Both the position numbers and the translations under genes were made by a program. 64,000 bases of DNA, from positions 102,362,001 through 102,426,000 of the forward strand of contig OX597814.1 of NCBI GenBank assembly GCA_951406725.2. Direction: 5' to 3'. The DNA is from Octopus vulgaris (lineage: Eukaryota). Every line of letters starts with the position of its first letter. Position 1 is the stretch's first letter. Under the pieces are notes generated by a model. That model did not search any database, had not been told where the DNA came from, and saw only the letters and a program-made list of their open reading frames with translations. Of the stretch, positions 11,894-25,030 are shown one piece after another.

Positions 11894-13288
11894 CAAACAT
11901 TGAGTCACTTTCTTTAGAGTTTTCAAGGTTTACAAAGTGTTAGTGGCTACATAATTAGCAATTATTCCAAGTTAAGTTTACTCAGACTTAAGCATGTTAA
12001 GCTTAATCATGGCAAGACAATCTGGTATTATCTGTGTAGTAGCCAGTGAATTTTTATCTTTTGGATTAAACTGATTTACAAATAATTAGGTTTATAGTTG
12101 GAAAATTCAGATTAACTTATGAATAATCACTTCTAAGCTGTTACCAACCAACATGTGAATGAAATTTACAAGTTCAGGGTTAATACACTTCATGTGGGTG
12201 GAGACTGTTTTAGCATGAAGTCTTGTCCATATAGTACTGTATGTTGTTTTGTTATATATTATTTTTTAAGAAACCAAAGACTACAAGAAACACTTCACTT
12301 TCTACTAGTGAAACTAATATTTTTGGTCAAGTGGTTTTCTCAAAGTATTAACTTGAACCTTTCTGAGTCATTCCATAGTTACTATATCTAATGCTGCTTT
12401 TACTCTCTCTTCTCTCTCTCTCCCCCCCTCTCTCTCCCCCCTCTCTCTCTCTCTCTCTGTAATATGCAAACTAATTTTAATGGCTGCTTTTTCAGAGGGA
12501 AGAGTCTCATACCACCTGTTATCATTACTTATTTCTTCAATAACTGACTTTGAAACACCTCTTAGACACCAAACAGTGTCATGGATTTAAGAAAAAAACT
12601 ACTTAAGATATCAAGGTAAACAAAAATTAATAACAGCCACATGCACACACATACATATGTACACATGCATGCACAGACACATACGCCTGTATTTATTTGT
12701 TTTATTTCTTGTTCTCACAACTGATCCTGTACTTGTTAACTTCAATTTTTATCTTGTAAAAATGTTTTAGCTATAAAAAAAATGATATTGATTTTCAACT
12801 TAAGCACATTACGAAAAATTTAATTGGTGAGTTGTAGTTTATTAATTTGATGTCATTACTTGACTAATCCTTATTTAGTCAACACTGGGCGATTGAAAGC
12901 AAATTTGGTTTTGACAGGATTTCAACCCAAAACATAATGCAAGCATTCAATCCACACTTTGCTGTTTTTACCATACCACACAACTCTATTATATTTAATT
13001 ATAAAAACAATGTTAATGATATTTTTAATTAGACTTCATCTCCTATACTGAATCAGGAGAAGGTATAGGGAGTTGTAATGTTATAGTGTCAAAATCATTA
13101 TTTACAAATTTATTGGTATTTCTGTAATAAAAACCAATAATTAATTATTTGTGATAGAAACAGAAATAAGTAAATAAAAATGCAGCTAACTTTAAGTGAA
13201 AGTTTTTATGGCATTTGCAAGACAGTCAGTAAAATTTCAAAAAGTTAAATCTGAATATGAATAATATAGATGGAAAAAAAAACTATTT

Positions 13289-13358
<70 letters not shown>

Positions 13359-14322
13359 GTGTGCGTGTGTGTGTGTGTGTGTGCGTGTTTTATTATATTT
13401 ATTTTATTTATTGCAATTCAAATAATTATGAATTTTTAAAAAATACATCAGTACAGAGCAAAATGCAAAAAAATCTACACCATATGAATGGTTAGTCTTA
13501 ATGCATAATATCTTGGTCAAGTATCTTCTATTATAGCCCCAGGCTGAGCAATGCCTTGTTATTCAGTTTGGTAGACAGAAACTGAGAGAAGCCCAATCTG
13601 TATATATAAGTTAGTTGAGGAAAAGAGAAGCCAAATCAATTAAATTAATTATTCACTCTGTGAGGATTAACATGCCTACTGGATCATACCTTGGATCCAC
13701 AAAGTACTTCTTCTATCAGTAACTGAGATATAACTGATTTTTTTTCAGTTAATGGAACACTATGCTAGCCAGGTTCCTACATGAAGTGCTGATGAGGTGA
13801 ACACCTGGGTTATATATATCCCCTCAACTGTGTGTGTCTCAACCACCACTTGCCAATCAGGGTTTATTTGTTTACTTCCCCATAATTTAGTGGTTTGGTA
13901 GAAGAGACAGAATAAGTACTAGGTTTAAAAAATAAATACTGGGGTTGATTTGTTTTACAAAATCTTTCAGCATGGCTGCAATTCAATGATCGAAACAAGT
14001 AAAAGGTATACTAGCAGACATGATGACAAAAGCTTTGCTATAAAGAACAACTTGTGGTATCCCTTGCAGCAATCACTGTATCTCATGCGGTTCTTTCTTT
14101 AGGTATGACACTCATCCTGCTTTAGTAGAAGAGTGTGACTGCACCGGGAGTGAAGACACTGGAAATCTCAACAATGACTGATGTGATGAGGAATCTGTCT
14201 GTCAATGATTGGTTTTTACTTTGTCTTCCAGTCTTCTTGGTTAAAATTAAATCAAATCATATTCATATGAGGGTCATTTTGTCCTGCTTTCAGGCATACC
14301 TTTTCACTTTATACAATGAATA

Positions 14323-14863
14323 TTAACCCTGTTGTTACCATATTTCTTTTGAAATACTCTGCTTTGTTTCAATTATTTTTGAAAATAACGAAGAATTTAG
14401 TGGGTTTCTTTCAGTTTCTGTCTACCAAATCCACTCACAAGGCTTTGGTCAGCCCCAGGCTATAGTAGAAACACTTGCCTAAGGTGCCATACAGCGTAAA
14501 TGAACCCAGAATCATGTGATTGGTAAGCAAGCTACTTACCACACAGCCACCCCTAACAATTTCTTTTTATACAATTTCTATAAGCTAGTGTTTGGAACAT
14601 AAATTAACAAGAAATTTTGATGAAAGGTGTGTTTATGTTCCCGTAACTTAGTGGTTCGGCAAAAGAGACCGATAGAATAAGTACTAGGCTTACAAAGAAT
14701 AAGTCCTGGGGTCGATTTGCTCGACTAAAGGCAGTGCTCCAGCATGGCCACAGTCAAATGACTGAAACAAATAAAGAGAGACTAATTTAACTCACTTTAA
14801 AACAGAAAGTTTGTATCACAGAACCAAAGGCAGTCTCAGGCAGGTCGGTATCAAAAGGGTTAA
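14323..14863. mobile_element. TTAA-flanked (piggyBac-type) MITE, family 1, carrying two nested SINE-A fragments
   Basis: TTAACCCT...AGGGTTAA ends. Internal sequence is the reverse complement of the 51998-52227 copy. Other copies at ~37863-38058 and ~7775-7890 (partial). Confidence 0.7.
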
Positions 14864-14928
14864 ATACTTACATCACTAGCTTTCTTCATATTAGATGCTA
14901 TGACTTTATAATGATGGACACATTAAAT

Positions 14929-16234
14929 CAGTGGTTCTCAACCAGGATCCATATGGCCCCTGAGGATCTATATAAGATTTTTGGGAGTCCACACACACAC
15001 ACAAAAAAAAATGTTATTTGGGGATCCACAATAGTATTTTAAGATCCCTTGAAAAATTTAGCTTTAAATATATGTATACTCTTTTACTCCTTTACTTGTT
15101 TCAGTCATTTGACTGTGGCCATGCTGGAGCACCACCTTTAGCCGAGCAAATCGACCCTGGGACTTATTCTTTGTAAGCCTAGTACTTATTCTATCGGTCT
15201 CTTTTGCTGAACCGCTAAGTTATGGGGATGTAAACAAACCAGCATCAGTTGTCAATCGATGTTTGGGGTACAAACACAGACTCACAAACATATACACACA
15301 CATACATATATATATATTACTCTTTTACTCTTTTACTGGTTTCAGTCATTTGACTGCGGCCATGCTGGAGCACCACCTTTAATCGAGCAATTCGACCCCA
15401 GGACTTATTCTTTTGTAAGCTTAGTACTTATTCTATCGGTCTCTTTTGCCGAACCGCTAAGTAACGGAGACATAAACACACCAGCATCGGTTGTCAAGCA
15501 ATGCTAGGGGGACAAACACAAACACACAAACATATACACACACATACATATACATATATATACATATATACGACAGGCTTCTTTCAGTTTCCGTCTACCA
15601 AATCCACTCACAAGGCTTTGGTCGGCCCGACGCTATAGCAGAAGACACTTGCCCAAGATGCCACGCAGTGGGACTGAACCCAGAACCATGTGGTTGGTTA
15701 GCAAGCTACTTACCACACAGCCACTCCTGCGCCTATATATATATATATAAAACGGGCTTCTTTCAGTTTCCGTCTACCAAATCCACTCACAAGGCTTTGG
15801 TCGGCCCGAGGCTATATTAGAAGACACTAGCCCAAGGTGCCACGCAGTGGGACTGAACCAAGAATCATGTGGTTGGTAAGCAAGCTACTTACCACTCAGC
15901 CACTTCTGCACCTATTAAAAAAATAAAGTGTTTTGTTCAAGGACACAATGCCTCACTGGGATTTGAACTCACAACCTTACAATCGAGAGCCAAATACCCT
16001 AACCACTAAGCCATGTGCATTCATATTGGTATGCATTGTAAGAAACAATTAGATTTCTTTAATGTTTTATATAGTTCAACCCACAAAAGTTAATATGTGA
16101 TAAAACAAAATAGGAATTTTGAAAGATGTTTCTATAAAACTAGTTTTTTAAACATTGAATGACTATGGGGGGGTCCACCAGAATAAAATAGTAATCAAAA
16201 GGGTCCAGAGGCAAAAAATGGTTGAGAACCCCTG
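14929..16234. mobile_element. hAT (Charlie-type) non-autonomous element with nested SINE-A and SINE-C insertions
   Basis: TIRs CAGTGGTTCTCAACC / GGTTGAGAACCCCTG. 8-bp TSD CATTAAAT (14921-14928) vs CATTAGAT (16235-16242). Confidence 0.85.
15318..15733 (-). mobile_element. Full-length, young SINE-A copy, with partial copies at ~15078-15310 and ~15750-15915
   Basis: Near-identical to the reverse complement of 34015-34443; CpGs retained. Confidence 0.92.
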
Positions 16235-16420
16235 CATTAGATAATGTAGTCTAGTCTTTAAATACACTAAGTTTAAATATTAGATAGAATGAGGATGGTC
16301 AAACCAGGAATTCACTTCATCATAGGTCTGATTTCTGAATTTCTATTTTCCTTACTAAATTTGGACCACCTGATAAAAACTGTTTTTTTTTTTTTTGTGT
16401 GATTTAATTGTCGTAATCGA

Positions 16421-16463
16421 ACTATTCCTGAATAAAGAATGCATCTGAAACAGCTGTAGTGGA
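16421..16463 (+). ncRNA. Degenerate minimal hammerhead ribozyme motif
   Basis: CTGA-ATAA-[AGA ATGCA TCT]-GAAA-CAGCTG-TA: stem II, GAAA, palindromic stem III and a GUA site are present. G8 is mutated and stem I is weak. Followed by (TA)n at ~16486. Confidence 0.45.
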
Positions 16464-16483
16464 CTGTTAAACCCATCTGTGTT

Positions 16484-16524
<41 letters not shown>

Positions 16525-16999
16525 TCATATACATACACACACACACATATATATACATATACAAAATATACACACTTGCATACAAATATGTATATTCATA
16601 CATACACACACATAGATGATATTAACCATATGCCAATTTTGTAAAGTACTACTTAGGTGCATATGTGTGTGTGTGTGTGTGTGAGAGAGTGTGTGTGTGT
16701 GAGAGAGTGTGTGTGTGTGAGAGAGTGTGTGGATTTATATATATATATATTTATTAGTCTAACTAGCACTAACAAAATCAACACATGGTAAATATTATTA
16801 CCTTTTTTCTAGGTTGAGTATTATACACTCTTTCTTTTCCTCTTCCTCTCCTCTCTCTCCTTCTCTCTCTTTTGTGCACACACAGACACACACATGCACA
16901 CACTCACACATATTCACATAGCGAATTTATGTATCCAATTTTCTATAGGTTTCTTTATGTTGCCAATTTGCTTGTTATAATTTTGTATCATGTAACTTT

Positions 17000-17570
17000 T
17001 TTTTTTCATCTGATAGTCAGGGTGGAAGGCAGTTCCCCTGTCCCTTTACAATTCATCTGCAACAAGTGTGAGGGAGGAAGGTATCTTCTAACTATAGACC
17101 TGGCCTGTATGCTTGCAACAGAGTCTACTTCCAGAAAGGTATTCACTGGTTTTGCACCCAGCTGGTGTATTACAGGATTTATTTTGCCAGGCAACTATCC
17201 ACAACACCAGTAAATATTTTATTCATTGTCTCTTATATCAGAGACAATAAATTTTCATCCAAACGTGTGGTTGGCTGCAAGCACATATCACTGAAAAGAC
17301 TGAAGAAGGCCAGAATGTGTCTGGCATTCTCACTGGCGGCTGCTGGTTGGCTGATTTTTCATCTTTCTTTGATATTAATTAAGTTTTTAACAAGGCACAT
17401 CCATAAGAGATGTTATCTGAGAACAGTGTTTACACATTAAGTATGATACGTAGATGGCTATACCTTTTAGTATTTTTGATTGGCATATTTGAAGTCAGTT
17501 TGATAAGTGCTGTTCATGGAAATCAGTTCTGGAGTCACTTTTGTTTCTTACTGCTAATTAAAAATAATGG
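17000..17570 (-). mobile_element. Possible decayed MULE-type transposase C-terminal fragment
   Basis: Frame-hopping minus-strand translation gives KNQP..ASENARH..AFFSLFS..CSQPHVW.KFI, loosely resembling the MULE 'P.TNN..E.WH..F......HP..W.FI' motif. Weak. Confidence 0.25.
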
Positions 17571-17654
17571 TAAAGTATACATTGCACGTTAAGTTTTGTC
17601 TCTCCTATTTGTTTTTCCAAGCCAATATGTAATATATAACACATCATGTGTGCA

Positions 17655-18892
17655 CACACACACGACAGAAGTAAATAGACACTGTTATAATCATTAGAAT
17701 TTATTTAAATCTGAAATTATACATTCAAATTATTATAACGTGAATATCTAATATTTAGTAGACATGTCCTTTGCATCTGTCACTGCAAGTACCTTGTTAG
17801 GCATGCTACTGATCAGATGATGAATATTCTCTTGAAGAATTTTTTCCCAAGTTTCATGCAGTAATCTCAAAAGATCTGGCTTTGAGGAGGCTTTCTCATT
17901 TTCACTTTTACAAAGTTTCTGTCCATTATTCCACAGAGGTTTTCTATAGGGTTCATATCTGGTGACTGGCTTGGCCTTGGAATCTTTTTAATATCATTCT
18001 CATCCAACAAATCTTGGGTTATTTTAGCTGTGTGACAAGGAGCCCCATCTTCCATAAATAAAGAGTCTTCTTTAATCATTTCACCCCTGGAGAAGATTGG
18101 AAGGAGTCCTTTCTGCAATATGGACACATATTTATCTCAGTTTATGTTTTCCTCTCTCTCCACCAGCTCTGATCAACCATTGCTCCAAATTGCTCCCCAG
18201 ACTATCACAGAATAGCTACCATGTTTCATTGTTGGCTGCAATCTTTTTACATCAAATTCTTGATCACAAAGTCTCCAGACCCATACTTGACCACTGTCAA
18301 TACAGTGAATCTGTACTCATCAGAAAAATGACAAAGTCCCAAAATGCTAGTGGTCTCTCCTCCATCTCACTGGCCCAATCTTTCTCCACTTGATATTGGC
18401 TGGTCGAAGAACTGGCTTCCCTCTTGCTTCTCTACCATAGTAGCCAGGTTTGTGAAGATATCTGACCGCTGTTCTGGGACAGACATCAACTTGTTCTGCT
18501 ATGTCAGAGACCTTGCAATGAGGATTATCCTCCACACTTCTCTTAAAACAAAAGGTCCTGTCAGAGAGCCCTTGGTTGACCTGGGCAAGGTGATGTGGAC
18601 TCCTTCCTCTCTCTGGTGAATTGCACAATCACTCTATTAACTATAGAAAGTGGAATCTCAAAGTTTTCTGCGATTTTACACTGACTAAGTTCACCTTCAG
18701 ATTGACCAACAATACAGCCTCTTTGAAATTCAGACAGTTCCAAGGCTTCTTTTGTACATGGCATGAATAAACAGTCACATATAGAACTTGAAATATTAAA
18801 ATGTCAATTAATAAAAAATATAAACCAATTCAAGTTAAATACACATAAACCAATGTTTTATGGCGTGTCTATTTACTTCTGTCGTGTCTGTG
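17655..18892 (-). mobile_element. Tc1-family (DD34E) transposon, near full length (~1.24 kb), transposase frameshifted
   Basis: TIR CACGACAGAAGTAAATAGACAC at both ends, with TA at 18893-18894. Transposase starts at 18764 ([12 protein letters not shown]...HTH); FSDE motif; EDGAPCH...SPDMNPIENL with 34 residues between D and E. Confidence 0.93.
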
Positions 18893-19199
18893 TATATGTA
18901 TATAAAGACCAAAGGTCCTTCATGAGTCATAGGCTCAAGGCCAGTTTCACAAATTCTGTGGCATTTATAAGAATGCACTGGACAGGGTATCAGCCTATCA
19001 TAGGATTATTTGTTTTTGCCAGTTTAGTGGACTGGAGCAATATGAAATGAAGTGTTTTGCTCAAGAACACAAAACATCACCTGGTCCAGGAATCAAAACC
19101 ACAATCTTATAATCATAAGTGCAACATCCTAACCCTTAAACAATATGCCTTCACTATATATAAATACTCTTACACACACACACACACACTTCTTTGGCA

Positions 19200-19853
19200 A
19201 TACCCTGACATGTATATCATGACTTCCATACTTTGAGGGCACTTGTCACCATATCTCTCTCTCTCTCTCTTTACTCTACCATCCCATTTATATTCTCATC
19301 TCTTTCCCTGTGAGTATACCTCGGCACTTCACCACCATCTCTCTCCTGCTCTCTTGCTGTTTTCCTCTCTCTCTCCCCTGCTCTCTTGCTGTTCCCCGCC
19401 TCTCTCTCTCTCTCTCTCTCTGGGTAACCATGTATCTCTTCTACAGCAAGATACCTGTTTCTGCCTCTCTGTCTCTCTGTTACACTCAAAACTTTCATCT
19501 GACACAAGATGCCCCCTCCAACACTCCCTCTCCTCTCAAAGGATCTTTGTCTTGCAAGTTACTTCAGTGTTGGTGCCTCCCAAAAAGCATCTGGTCCACA
19601 CTGTAAAGTGGTTGGTGTTTGGAAGGGCATCTAGCTGTAAAAACCATGCCAAAACTGACCTCGCCTGTGCTTGTGACATGTAAAAAGCACTTTGGCCACT
19701 CTGCTAGGTGGTTTGCATTAGGAAGGGTATCCAGCTGTAAAAATCATGCCAAAACAGACAAAGAAGCCTGGTGCAGGCTCCTGCCTGACCAGCTCCTGTC
19801 AAACTGTCCAACCCATGCCATCATAGAAGGTGGATGTTAAACGATGATGATGA
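19200..19853 (+). mobile_element. 3' UTR fragment of the RTE LINE found at 32193-33960, ending in the family-D tail and (GAT)n
   Basis: CT-rich stretch plus GGGTAACCATGTATCTCTTCTACAGCAAGA matches the reverse complement of ~32500-32540. Ends GGATGTTAAACGATGATGATG. Confidence 0.75.
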
Positions 19854-20467
19854 TATGTATGTATATTTGTGTGTGTGTGAACAGTTTCCAAATTCATGCA
19901 CAGTAGAATAAGTACCAGGCTTAAAAAATGATGTACTGGGGTCAGTTCATCTGACTAAAAATTCCTCAAGTTGGTGCCCCAGAATGGCCACAATCTAATG
20001 ACCGAAACTAATAAAAGTTAGAAGATTAAAAGAAAAGAAATGATCAATGGTAGTGGTGGTGTGACTAACATTCTGAAAAGAGTTGATAATGGTGATGATG
20101 ACGATGATGATGATGATATAGCGTGTCATTATCAACATTACCATTGTCTGTATATTAAATAATTGCTATTCTTTGTTGTGGCTCGAAGAGCAAATTCATC
20201 TTTTGTTATGACTTCTTTAATAATCTAACAATTCCCATATTAACTTACAAACACAGGTATTTTTCGTTTTCCATGATTTCGCCTATTTTTTCCCTCTACT
20301 TCCCAGTCATAAAAAATAAAATAATTATGATAAAAGATCAAAGAAAATATCTTTTGATTTCTCTGTTTTCACTTTACATTTGTGTGTATGTGTGTGTGTG
20401 TGTGTGCCTACATACGTACGCACACACACACACACATACACAAAACACACACACACAAACACATATA

Positions 20468-21395
20468 CAAGGTGGTATCAAAAAGTTCCCAGATTAGTTA
20501 TGTTTAATAAAAAATAACTTATTTACCTAAGTGTTTATGTCATCATCTTGTTTACCTAAGTTTTAATATCATTGTCACCTTGTGCACCAATGCACCTGTC
20601 CCAGCATTCCTGCCACTTTTGGAATCTGGTCTGAAAGTCATTTTCCATGGGTGAGTTGAGGCCCTTTTGCAATTCACTCTGGATCTTGACAGCAGTGTTA
20701 AAACAGCAACCTTTGAGCTACATTTTCATCTTGGTGAAGAGATGGAAGTCCGCAGGTGCTAAATCTGGTGAATAGGGCAGGTGCAGAAGCAATACTATGT
20801 TGCTTTTGGCAAGAAACTCACGAGTGAGCGTGGTGATAGGGTACATTGTCATTGTAAAGTATCCAATTCTTCAAGGAAGTTAGGAATGCCTGCCCAGACC
20901 CATATTACAGACCAACAATAGCAGCAATATTGCTGATTGCCCTCTGACAATCCTCATGCACAAGCTGATGAGTTTTCTTCACATTTCTGGGGGTGACACT
21001 CTTGGCGGGTCTTCCGGATCACTCATTGTCTTCCAGGGACATTCTTCTGATTTTGAAGCACCTATGCCACTCAATACATTGTGTAGGACCCATTGCCTTG
21101 TTGATGTAAGCTTGTTGAAACATGCTCAATGTCTCTGTAAAAGACTTCCTAAGTTTAACACAAAATTTTATGCTGGCTTTTAGTTCCAACTTCCTGCCCA
21201 TGAGAAAATCACAGACTACAGCATACATGTGATCACAAAAACACAAATTTCACAACTTGCAAAGTAATCAGAGCAATGTCTCTCAGCACACTGCCTCATG
21301 AAAGTCACTGCTAACTCTCACTTAGCCCACAACTGTATGCTGCCATCTGTTGGTGCACTACAGAACTAGTCCAGTAACTTTTTGATACCACCTAG
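20468..21395 (-). mobile_element. Internally deleted mariner element
   Basis: TA-flanked TIRs C(A/T)AGGTGGTATCAAAAAGTT at both ends. N-terminal transposase ELKASIKFCVKLRKSFTETLSMFQQAY...EWHRCFK...SLEDNE*SGRP. Confidence 0.9.
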
Positions 21396-23496
21396 TATAA
21401 ACATATACATAAATACACACATACATTTAGATATCTATATCTATATCTAAGCTTGGCTGTGTGGTAAGAAGCTTGCTTCCCAACCACATAGTTCTGGGTT
21501 GACCCATTGAATAGCATCTTGGGCAAATGTCTTCTACTATAACCTCAGATCTGATGTGGTAGATTCATTTTGTGAGTGTATAAAATTTCAAGCCATATGG
21601 AGCTACACACACACACACACATACATACATATGTCTGTGTGTGAAATCCTGTCCTCCACAACCCTGCTGAAAAAGATTGACCTGCAAGAGTCCTGTGCTG
21701 GTACTATGTAAAAAGCACTTGTGTCGGTGCCATATAAAAGCACTCATGCCAGTGCCACATCATAAGCACCCACTGCATGCTGTAAAGTGGTTGGTGTTAG
21801 AAAGGGTATCTAGCTGTAGAAACCAAGCCAAATCAAATTGGGACCTGATACAGCTCTCCAGCCCATGCCAGCATAGAAAACTGGTGTTAATGAAGGAGGA
21901 GGAGGAGGAGGAGGATGTATAAACAAACACACTCATACACACACACACACACACATACAACACACACCACCCAAGCATTGGGCAGGGTTGGAGTGTGGGC
22001 CTTTACCTTGGGAGAGCCAAAATCTTGGGATTAAAAATTTTAAAAATATATTTACAACAATCAAATAAATAATTTCTTTTTTGTCTATATTTGTTTAATT
22101 TTTTAAAAATCTAATTAAATCCTTTTAAAATAACCCTCTTTTAATTTATTGGTTCCTTTTAGATTTAAAAGTCCACTAAATCTGAGTTCCTCTAAACTTA
22201 CCAAGACCCTTTTAAGTTTTGGGGCCTCTTCAAACTGTTTGGTGCCTCGAGATTTAATGGGGTCTCCTTATTCATCTTTTCTGTTTTGAATTAGTGGTGT
22301 CACATAAAAGTGCTTGTATGGTGCCGCACAAAAGTGCCCATGCAGAGGATCTGTGCACCCATGCAAAGTATCTGTGTGGTGCCACATAAAAGCACCCAGC
22401 ACACTCTGTAAAGTGGTTGGCATTAGGAAGAGAATCCAGCCATAGAAGCCATGCTAGATGAGACTGGAGACTGATACAGCTCCCCACCTTACCAGCTCTA
22501 GTCAAACCATCCAACCCATGCCAGCAGGGACAACGGACGTTAAATGATGATGATAGGGGCCCTCAAAATTTATTTGCCCAAGAGCCCCACTACGTCTAAA
22601 TCTGACCCTACTTAAGTAACAGAAGCTGTCAATTACGCCTTGCAAGTCTTCCAAGTATTTGAAAGACTTCCTTTCATAGGTTTTCTTATTGCTAAATACT
22701 CCTGTGCTTCTATTACATATGATGTCTTCGCTTTTTATCCACCTATGATGTCACTGTTTGTGCACAAATAATGTTTACATATTAATATACACATACTCCC
22801 ACTCCCACACACTTGTATATATGCATCTGCTTGTTTATATGTACGTGTACCTGTTTGCATATGTTTGAGTGTAGATAAAATAAAAGATTCCTTTTAACTT
22901 ATAAAACCAGTTTGTTAGCTTTTAACAACTACCCAGTTAAAATAACTAAAATATAAAAAGTTGTACAAATTTTAAGATTTGTAAAGAGAGTATCTGGGGG
23001 AAAAAAATTCTCTGTGTAGTATTATTAACAACTCTGTTTGACTATGTTTGTTGCATAGACAGCTACATAATATCTTTTATTTATTTAAATTTGCAATGTT
23101 GTCATCACTTGAAAACTGTAATTGAAAAATATTTCTACATGAGTGTCTGTTTGCACATGACTGTATGATGGCGTGCAAGTGCATGTGTGTGTGTGTGTGT
23201 GTGAAAAACAGCACTAGAATACTCAGCCACTAAAGACAAGTTGTAAGAGAACATAAGTGGGCTGCATTCATTTACAAAGAATTAATAATCCTGTTTTTCT
23301 AAGCTTGCATATTTCTATCCAGACAGGTGTGTGTATGTATGCTTATGTTGCATAGAGCTGCAGTAACACCATTTATGTTTGTCTCTTGCTGTCTGACAAC
23401 TATTGTTGGTTTGTTTACATCCTTTGATTTATAATGGAAGGCAAATTTTACGATATCGGGAGAATATCACCTTCTCCCATTATATCTTGTTCTTCA

Positions 23497-23901
23497 TGTA
23501 GTTCAGGCTCCGGCAGGTGAAGAAAGAAGTCTTTAAGCACAAATGCAATTTACAACTGGTTTATTTACAAGTTTCACAGAACAGGTGAAGTGCATTGCTC
23601 TCAGCAACCATCTCGAGCTGTGTGCGTGGTATCGTATCTCCATTAGTGCGGGCACATTGCCTCTGGAGGTACAACATGCAGACAGGCCCAGCCAGTGAAG
23701 TGTGCTCAGCAAGTGCTGCTGCAAAGAAGCGGAGAGAGGGAATCTGTTTGTTTGGTCCTTATATACAGTTGCCATCGTGAGCCTTGTTGTGATCTCATGT
23801 ATAGCAAATGGATGCAGGTGAGGTCTCGCTCCAGTCTCGGAGATGGCAATGGCTGCAGCGAGATCTCATCCAATATGGCGCTGACTGCTTGTGCTGCTAC
23901 A
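23497..23901 (-). mobile_element. Probable solo LTR (405 bp) of an LTR retrotransposon
   Basis: TGTAG...CTACA inverted termini. On the minus strand, a TATA-like GTATATAAGG (~23757-23766) lies upstream of AATAAA (23560-23565). GC/CpG richer than flanks. No clean TSD. Confidence 0.7.
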
Positions 23902-24158
23902 GATTCATTTAAACCCTTCAAGATGGTATTCCAGCATAGCCTTAATCCAGCAGCTGAAGCAAGTGAAAGAAAATAAGTATGATGCATGTGTATACACCAT
24001 TATAAAATGCCAATTTTTCCATGCTTCTATGGGTCAGATGGAATTTGTGCAGGTAGATTTTCTTCAGCCATATGCAGACAACATCTCTTGTATAATAATG
24101 ATTGTTTAAAGCTATTATATGATGTCAAGACAAGGGTATATCCACCCGTGCAAACAAG

Positions 24159-24204
<46 letters not shown>

Positions 24205-24298
24205 CATTCATATATATATATTATGTAGTTAATAAATATATATATGTGTATATATATACTGTTGTGTCCAGGGAGAGTCATTCACTTTTAGTGAATAT

Positions 24299-24700
24299 AG
24301 GTGCAGGAGTGGCTGTGTGGTAAGTAGCTTGCTAACCAACCACATGGTTCCGGGTTCAGTCCCACTGCGTGGCATCTTGGGCAAGTGTCTTCTACTATAG
24401 CCCCGGGCCGACCAATGCCTTGTGAGTGGATTTGGTAGACGGAAACTGAAAGAAGCCTGTCGTATATATGTATATATATATATGTATGTGTGTGTGTGTT
24501 TGTGTGACTGTGTTTGTCCCCCTAGCATTGCTTGACAACCAATGCTGGTGTGTTTACGTCTCCGTTACTTAGTGGTTCGGCAAAAGAGACCGATAGAATA
24601 AGTACTGGTCTTACAAAGAATAAGTCCCGGGGTCGATTTGCTCGACTAAAGGCGGTGCTCCAGCATGGCCACAGTCAAATGACTGAAACAAGTGAAAGAG
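24299..24700 (+). mobile_element. Full-length SINE-A copy
   Basis: Near-identical to 34015-34443. Confidence 0.92.
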
Positions 24701-24703
24701 AAA

Positions 24704-24775
<72 letters not shown>

Positions 24776-24945
24776 GCATATACAAGACTCTTCTTTCAGT
24801 CAACATCTACCAAATCCACTCAATCTTTGGTCAACCCAGAACTATAGTTGTTGCTCAAGGGGCATGTTGTGAGACTGAACCTTGTCTGTGAGTTTAGAGC
24901 TTAGCTGTGTGATTACTTATATTACTTGTATGTGTATGTGTGTAC

Positions 24946-25023
<78 letters not shown>

Positions 25024-25030
25024 AGAGAGA

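Noticed and set aside
11144-11943. [12 protein letters not shown] ORFs here and throughout the window
   Set aside because: Translations of (TA)n, (TG)n and (CA)n microsatellites.
13785-13835. CTGATGAGG...CCCCTCAAC as a hammerhead
   Set aside because: No GAAA box and no convincing stems I or III.
15491-15820. Recurrent ORF ...EDTCPRCHAVGLNPEPCGWLASYLPHSHSCA (also 33997 and 53515), resembling a gene family
   Set aside because: Antisense translation of SINE-A copies.
23533-23987. Overlapping ORFs including a B-box-like LFCETC
   Set aside because: Stops interrupt the motif, and the region is better explained as a solo LTR.
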